A stretch of DNA of 64,000 nt, from assembly GCA_041613315.1 (NCBI GenBank), contig JBFJHJ010000001.1:32001-96000 (forward strand), given 5' to 3'. The position numbers were made by a program, and so were the translations under genes. Source of the stretch: Gemmatimonadales bacterium (GTDB lineage Bacteria > Gemmatimonadota > Gemmatimonadetes > Gemmatimonadales > GWC2-71-9). Within the stretch, counting starts at the first letter, position 1. Each line of letters opens with the position of its first letter. Of the stretch, positions 58,512-64,000 are shown piece by piece. The notes below the pieces were generated by a model that searched no databases, had not been told where the DNA came from, and saw only the letters and a list, made by a program, of their open reading frames with translations.

Positions 58512-60143
58512 GTGTCCGACATCTCGACCCTCAAAGAGCACGCGCGGACCCTGGAGCGCCAAGGCGACGTCGAGAAGGCGCTGGTGATCTACCGACGTCT
58601 CCTCGACGATCTCGAGGGGACGCCCGCGTTTGAGAGTGAGCTTCCCCTGCTGGTGAAAGTCGGCGATCTCCAGCTCAAGCGTGGAGAATCCCAGACCGCT
58701 ATCGCGATGTACGAGCGCGCCGCCGAGCACTACGCGGGACAGGGGTCGCAGCAGGCGGTGCTCTCCCTCGGCGCCAAGATCCTGCGGATCGCGCCGGAGC
58801 GGGTGTCGGCCTATCTCCCACCGTGCAAGCGCCTCCTCGAAGAGGGCCACGTCCAGGCGGCCCGCGCGGTGCTCGAGAGCTACGCCGAGAACGCCGGGCT
58901 CCGCGAGATCGCCGACATGCTGCACGGCCTTGAGGGCCGTCCCGACGACGCCGTGAGCGCCGCCCTGGGGGATATCATTGCCGCGCGTCTGCGGGCACGA
59001 GCGAACGCCCCGGCGGCGGCCACCGAACCTGAGCGACCGAAGGCCCCCGAGGCCGCCCCGGCCTACGACCGGTTTCCGGGGGCGGGCGACGACGACTTCG
59101 AGCCCGTGATCATCGAACACACGACGCCGCCCCCATCGGCGAAGGACCCGCCGCCGCCACCGAAGCCGCGGCCCGCCCCACCGGCGCGTGAACCCGTGGC
59201 GCCCGCGGCCCCCATCACGGACGCATCCGACGGGCCATTCACCCAGCACATGATCTCGCTCGACGAACCGGCGCCCGCTCCGGCTCCCCCGCCCGCCCCG
59301 GTTCCGGAGGCCGAACCGATCGACGTCGTGACCCCGATGGACGTGGTCGTCCCCGACAAGTCCGCCGTCCCGCCGGCGTTCGCGGCCCCGACCGAGTCGC
59401 GCCCGCGCTCGCCCGTCCCGGCGCCGCCGTCGCCACCCCCAAGGCCTCCGCGCGCGTCGGTCGTACCGACCGGGCATGAGGCGCCGGCTCCGGCGCCCCG
59501 TCCCACGCGGGTACGGCGGTCGCGCGTGAAGCTCCGACGGGTGTTCGAACACAAGAGGGGTCCGGCGTTCGTGAAGTGGGCGGCGGCGGCGGCGTTGACG
59601 ATCGTGGTCGTCGGGGGCGTGGGGCTGATGATTGCGGGCGTGATCATCTCCGATGCCGAAACCCCCGAGCCCGCCGCTCCGGCCCCGGTTCGCCGCGCCC
59701 CGGCCCGCGCGGTGCCCCAACTCCCGCCTCCAGCTGAGGTGCTGATCCCGCAGGTCCTTCCCGATCTCCGGTCGACGGTCACGCCGCCGCTGCCGCCACT
59801 CGATGTCGCCCCGTCGGCCGCCGATTCGGCGCCGCCCGACAATATGCGCGGCGTCGTGCTCGTGCAGGGACTTCCCGTCGCGAGCGTCGCCATGTTTTCG
59901 ATCGGCGGTCGGCCAGCGTATCGCATCATGCAGCTCCTGCGCTCCGGCGACAGCCTCACGCTCACGTTGACGCCGATGTCGTCCGACTCGGTGGGCCCCG
60001 ACAATCCCCGCGTCACGACGCTGAGCGGGGGCTTCGTCGTGGGCACGGTGGGGGTGGGCGACTATCTCGTGACGGCCCAAGCGCGCGTGGCGGCCGACGT
60101 CATGACGCAGCTCCTCGGGCGGCTGGGGCCCCCGTCCCGCTAA
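58512..60143 (+). CDS. Bitopic protein: TPR-like N-terminus, Pro-rich linker, TM helix, exported domain
   Basis: TPR-like helices, long P/A-rich region, TM WAAAAALTIVVVGGVGLMIAGVII. Confidence 0.7.
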   Translation: MSDISTLKEHARTLERQGDVEKALVIYRRLLDDLEGTPAFESELPLLVKVGDLQLKRGESQTAIAMYERAAEHYAGQGSQQAVLSLGAKILRIAPERVSAYLPPCKRLLEEGHVQAARAVLESYAENAGLREIADMLHGLEGRPDDAVSAALGDIIAARLRARANAPAAATEPERPKAPEAAPAYDRFPGAGDDDFEPVIIEHTTPPPSAKDPPPPPKPRPAPPAREPVAPAAPITDASDGPFTQHMISLDEPAPAPAPPPAPVPEAEPIDVVTPMDVVVPDKSAVPPAFAAPTESRPRSPVPAPPSPPPRPPRASVVPTGHEAPAPAPRPTRVRRSRVKLRRVFEHKRGPAFVKWAAAAALTIVVVGGVGLMIAGVIISDAETPEPAAPAPVRRAPARAVPQLPPPAEVLIPQVLPDLRSTVTPPLPPLDVAPSAADSAPPDNMRGVVLVQGLPVASVAMFSIGGRPAYRIMQLLRSGDSLTLTLTPMSSDSVGPDNPRVTTLSGGFVVGTVGVGDYLVTAQARVAADVMTQLLGRLGPPSR

Positions 60144-60223
60144 CCGCGCCACCTTGCGGGCGCGTCGCGCGCCCGTGCATCATCGGCAGGTCCGCGATCA
60201 CTTGCGAAACGGTCCTCCGTCCC

Positions 60224-60589
60224 ATGCCGATACTCATCGAAGCGCCCACCCGGGTCCGAGCCGCCGGCGAGCCGCCCAAGCACATCGATGAATACGTGGG
60301 CCGAGCGAAATCCGGCCACGACAGTGTGAGCGTCGCGCACATGCGGGCCCCCGCCGGCTGGGCGGAGCCCGGTCAACGGCCGGAGTTCGAGGAGATCACC
60401 GTGGTCCTCCGTGGGACCGTCCGGGTCGAGCACCAGGGCGGCACGCTGGACGTCCGAACGGGGCAGGCGGTGGTGGCGCGGCCGGGCGAGTGGGTACGCT
60501 ACTCGACGCCGGGCCCGGAAGGAGCGGAGTACGTCGCCGTGTGTGTTCCGGCCTTCTCACTCGAGACCGCGCACCGCGATCCGGAGTAG
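60224..60589 (+). CDS. Cupin protein
   Basis: K.IDEYVG, EPGQRPEFEE, WVRYSTP. Confidence 0.85.
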   Translation: MPILIEAPTRVRAAGEPPKHIDEYVGRAKSGHDSVSVAHMRAPAGWAEPGQRPEFEEITVVLRGTVRVEHQGGTLDVRTGQAVVARPGEWVRYSTPGPEGAEYVAVCVPAFSLETAHRDPE

Positions 60590-60663
60590 CCGCCTCGCCA
60601 TCGGCTGTCCCATCCCGTCAGCACGGGTCCGAACGGCATGAGGCGGCCGACTTCACCCGACCC

Positions 60664-61800
60664 CTACCGCCGGAACAGCGCGGGGTTGACCCGAACGATC
60701 CGGTCGTCACCCTGCGTGGCGGGGCCGCGCGCGTCACGGTTGCTCGTTGTGAAGTAGAGCATCCCGTCAGGCCCGACGGTGACGGCACGGATCCGCCCGA
60801 AGTCGCCGTAGAAGTGCGCGATGAGCGCCGCCACCTCGTCGTCCTCCAGCCGCGCTTCGTACAGCGCCGCGCCCCTCAGGCCGCCGAAGAAGAGGCTGCC
60901 GTCGCGGTACGCGACACCGGCCGGCGCCCACGTGTAGTCGGGGCCCGAATGCATGAGGGGCGCCGCCATCCCATCGCGTGTCCGGTCGCCCTGCATCACC
61001 GGCCAGCCGTAGTTCCGGCCCGGTTCGATCCGGTTGATTTCGTCCAAGCCGCTTTCGAGCCCCGACCGACCGTGCTCCGTGCTCCACAGCCGGCCCCCGT
61101 CGTCCCAGGCCAGGCCCTGGGCGTTGCGGTGACCCCAGGAATAGACGTGCGTGCCGAACGGGTTATCGAGCGGGATCTCGCCGCCCGCGGTGACGCGGAG
61201 GATCTTGCCGGCGAGCGACGTGCGGTCTTGCGCGAGGGCACCGTCGGTCGCGTCGCCGGTGGTGATGTAGAGCAGCCCATCGGGGCCGAAGGCGAGGCCG
61301 CAGCCGTCGTGGAACTGGGCAGCGGGAATGCGGTCAAGGATCACGGCACGCTCGGTGATGCCCGCGCCCGTCCAGCGATACCGCTCCACCCTGTTCTCGA
61401 GCCCGGACGCGCCGTCGGCGGTGAGGCAGAGATACAACCGCTGGTTCGCGGCGAAGTCGGGGTCGAGCGCCATCCCCATGAGCCCTCCCTCGCCGACGTG
61501 TCGCACGCCGGGGACCTCGAGCGTCCGCCGCACGCTGCCCAGGTGAACCAGTCGGCCGCGACGCTCCGTCACGAGGAGGCTCCCGTCCGGAAGCACTGCG
61601 AGCTGCCACGGGATCTCGAGATTCTCGGCGATGATTCGCACGTCCCCCGGCGCCGTGTCTGCGAGCGACAGCCCGGTCAGTGGCACGGGCGGCGTCTGCT
61701 GCCCAAAGATGAACACGCGAAACAGCCGATCGCGCAGCACATAGGCCACGAGCACGACGACGGCGACGGCGAGCACGATGCGAAGCGGGCGAATCTTCAT
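60664..61800 (-). CDS. PQQ-dependent soluble sugar dehydrogenase
   Basis: LEIPW, GEGGLMG, FHDG, GKILR, GHRNAQG, NYGWP, GRIR. Confidence 0.92.
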   Translation of the reverse strand: MKIRPLRIVLAVAVVVLVAYVLRDRLFRVFIFGQQTPPVPLTGLSLADTAPGDVRIIAENLEIPWQLAVLPDGSLLVTERRGRLVHLGSVRRTLEVPGVRHVGEGGLMGMALDPDFAANQRLYLCLTADGASGLENRVERYRWTGAGITERAVILDRIPAAQFHDGCGLAFGPDGLLYITTGDATDGALAQDRTSLAGKILRVTAGGEIPLDNPFGTHVYSWGHRNAQGLAWDDGGRLWSTEHGRSGLESGLDEINRIEPGRNYGWPVMQGDRTRDGMAAPLMHSGPDYTWAPAGVAYRDGSLFFGGLRGAALYEARLEDDEVAALIAHFYGDFGRIRAVTVGPDGMLYFTTSNRDARGPATQGDDRIVRVNPALFRR

Positions 61801-62025
61801 GGGCGTTCCTCGTGGGCACGATGCGGACGACGCGTGAGAGGGTAAGGTCGGTCGGCGAACGGCCTCGTGCCAGTTCGCGCGGCCGGGGTAGCCATGGCGC
61901 AGCCGCGGGCGCAGCTTAGATCCTCGACGGTGGCCGCCCCACGCGGTCCGGCGTCGCCGGCAAACCGTACCAGCGAATCGGCATCCATGTCCGCCAACGG
62001 CGTCGACCCACTCCAGAGAGGACGC

Positions 62026-63492
62026 ATGACGACCACACGTCATGTCTTGATGGTCGTGTTTCTGGTCGCCGCCACGGCATGCGAGACCGCGGCCCCGTAT
62101 GACGTCGTCCTTCTGGGTGGGCGTGTCATGGATCCCGAGTCGAGCCTCGACGCGGTGCGGAATGTCGGCGTGCGGGATGGTCGCGTGGCCGAGATCACCG
62201 AGGGGACCGTCGTCGGCCGCGACACGGTCGTTGCGGCGGGGCTCGTCGTCGCCCCGGGGTTCATCGATCTCCACGCCCACGGCCAGGATTCCGTGGGCAG
62301 CCGGCTCCAGGCATTGGACGGCGTTACGATGGCGCTCGAGCTCGAGATCGGCGTCTACCCGGTGGCCGCCTGGTACCGTTCGAAGGAAGGGCGCGCCGTC
62401 ATCCACTACGGTGCGACGGTGAGCCACCTCGGGGCCCGCGTCGCGCTGATGCACGGGCGCGACGTGGGCCACTGGCCCACGAACCCGGAGGCCGCGCCAC
62501 GCCTGGGCCCGAACCCCCGCGGGCTCTACGGCAAGGCCACCCCGCCCGAGGTGGACGGGCTCGCCGAGCTGATCGCCCGCGGTCTCGGTGAAGGGGCGCT
62601 TGGGGTGGGCTTCGGGATCAACTACACCCCGGGCGCCGCGCCCGATGAGATCGAGCGGCTGTTCCAGGTGGCGCAGGAGCGGGGCCGCCCGGTCTTCGTG
62701 CACACGCGAACGTTCGGTCTCGACGCGATACGGGAAGCGATTGCGGCCGCGGAGAAGACCGGCGCCGCGTTGCACATCGTGCACATCGGGAGCAGCGCGA
62801 ACCGCAGCGTGCCCGCGGCGCTCGAGCTGATCCGCGCAGCCCGCGCGCGCGGCGTGGACGTCACGACGGAGGTGTATCCCTACACTGCGGCGTCCACCCG
62901 CATCGAATCGGCGATCTTCGACGCGGGTTGGCGACAGACCCTGAACATCGACTACGGGCATCTCGAGTGGCCGGCGACGGGCGAACGCCTGACCGCAACG
63001 AGCTTCGCTCGCCATCGCCGCGACGGCGGGTGGGTCATCATCCACATGATGGCGCCGGAGATGGTCGCCCTGGCGGTCGCGGCGCCGGACGTTCTCATCT
63101 CGAGCGACGGCGTCCCGTTCGTGAATGGGACCGGTCACCCCCGAGGTGCGGGTACCTTTGCCCGCGTGCTGGGACGCTACGTGCGGGAGCAGGGCGCCCT
63201 CTCGCTGATGGAGGCGCTTCGCAAGATCACGTTGCTCCCCGCGTTGCGGCTCGAAGCGGCGGTGCCCGCGATGCGGAACAAGGGCCGCCTGCGGGTGGAC
63301 GCCGACGCCGACATCACGCTGTTCGATCCCCAGCGCGTGATCGACCGCGCGACGTTCCGGGCGCCCACGCAACCCTCGGCCGGAATCGCGCACGTACTCG
63401 TCGGCGGTGTCTTCGTGGTCCGCGACTCAGCGCTCGTGGACGGCGTGACGCCGGGTCGAGGGGTCCGCGCGGGGGTGGGGGGAGCGCCGTGA
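62026..63492 (+). CDS. N-acyl-D-amino-acid (D-glutamate) deacylase-like amidohydrolase
   Basis: APGFIDLHAH, EVYPY, SDG, HPRGAGTF, DADITLFD. Confidence 0.88.
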   Translation: MTTTRHVLMVVFLVAATACETAAPYDVVLLGGRVMDPESSLDAVRNVGVRDGRVAEITEGTVVGRDTVVAAGLVVAPGFIDLHAHGQDSVGSRLQALDGVTMALELEIGVYPVAAWYRSKEGRAVIHYGATVSHLGARVALMHGRDVGHWPTNPEAAPRLGPNPRGLYGKATPPEVDGLAELIARGLGEGALGVGFGINYTPGAAPDEIERLFQVAQERGRPVFVHTRTFGLDAIREAIAAAEKTGAALHIVHIGSSANRSVPAALELIRAARARGVDVTTEVYPYTAASTRIESAIFDAGWRQTLNIDYGHLEWPATGERLTATSFARHRRDGGWVIIHMMAPEMVALAVAAPDVLISSDGVPFVNGTGHPRGAGTFARVLGRYVREQGALSLMEALRKITLLPALRLEAAVPAMRNKGRLRVDADADITLFDPQRVIDRATFRAPTQPSAGIAHVLVGGVFVVRDSALVDGVTPGRGVRAGVGGAP

Positions 63493-63593
63493 CGGCGATG
63501 GGGCGGGCATGGCCGAGCGGTATCCTGCGCGGTTGGGGCGCGTTCTGACGTGGGGGTCGTGTTGCAGACGATGCCCGCCCGCCTTCCCGGCTC

Positions 63594-64000
63594 GTGAGTG
63601 CACCCGAGCCAGGTGACGAACGTGCGCGCCTCGCGGCGCTGCGGCGCTACGAGGTGCTCGACACGTTGCCCGAACAGGCGTACGACGACATCACGTACGT
63701 TGCCTCGCTGATCGCGGGTACGCCCATCGCGCTCGTCAGCCTGATCGACCGTGACCGGCAGTGGTTCAAATCGAGGGTCGGCCTCGCGGTGCCCGAGACG
63801 TCTCGGGATCTCGCATTCTGCGCGCACGCGATCATGGAGCCGGACGATCTGTTCGTCGTCCCTGACGCCCGGCGCGACGAGCGTTTCGCCAACAACCCCT
63901 GGTGACGGCGGACCCCCAGATCCGCTTCTACGCGGGTGCGCCACTGGTAACGTCCGACGGGGCGGCCTTGGGGACGCTGTGCGTCATCGACCGCGTGCCG
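63594..64000 (+). pseudogene. GAF-domain sensor with a 1-nt frameshift, running off the window end
   Basis: LVSLID.DRQWFK and FCAHAI up to ERFANNP; the GAF continues in the -1 frame as [16 protein letters not shown]...GTLCVID. Confidence 0.8.

Noticed and set aside
60664..63393. 909-aa ORF as one protein
   Set aside because: Only 60664..61800 is the dehydrogenase; the rest is the antisense shadow of the deacylase.
63903..63905. TGA as selenocysteine or read-through codon
   Set aside because: Homology continues in a different frame, so this is a frameshift and not stop recoding.

Overview
Very GC-rich, densely coding bacterial chromosome segment. The gene repertoire (V4R, YtxH, TesA-YbbAP, Gld-like ABC, several secreted peptidases) resembles Gemmatimonadota, but this is an inference. 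It holds about 63 CDS, mostly housekeeping, repair and peptide catabolism: sbcD-sbcC, folE, deoA, arsC, orphan groES, two S9 peptidases, two acyl-CoA ligases, uppS, family-5 UDG, gyrB, dciA, recF and ogt. No tRNA, rRNA, CRISPR array or transposase was seen. Most notable: (1) an NHL-repeat lipoprotein coupled to a secreted cytochrome c with 14 CxxCH plus 2 atypical heme motifs, lying antisense between dciA and gyrB, a candidate extracellular electron-transfer module; (2) a 6S-like RNA with its own sigma70 promoter upstream of folE; (3) a circularly permuted ATP-grasp/alpha-E/transglutaminase operon led by an amidohydrolase; (4) a Cada2-like alkylation regulator with a duplicated N-terminal helix and a candidate operator; (5) a putatively autoregulated membrane protein-HTH-uppS operon; (6) a porin plus PstS-like pair under a CRP/FNR-type box; (7) a frameshifted GAF gene at the right edge. 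All calls come from reading motifs by eye; no database searches were run.
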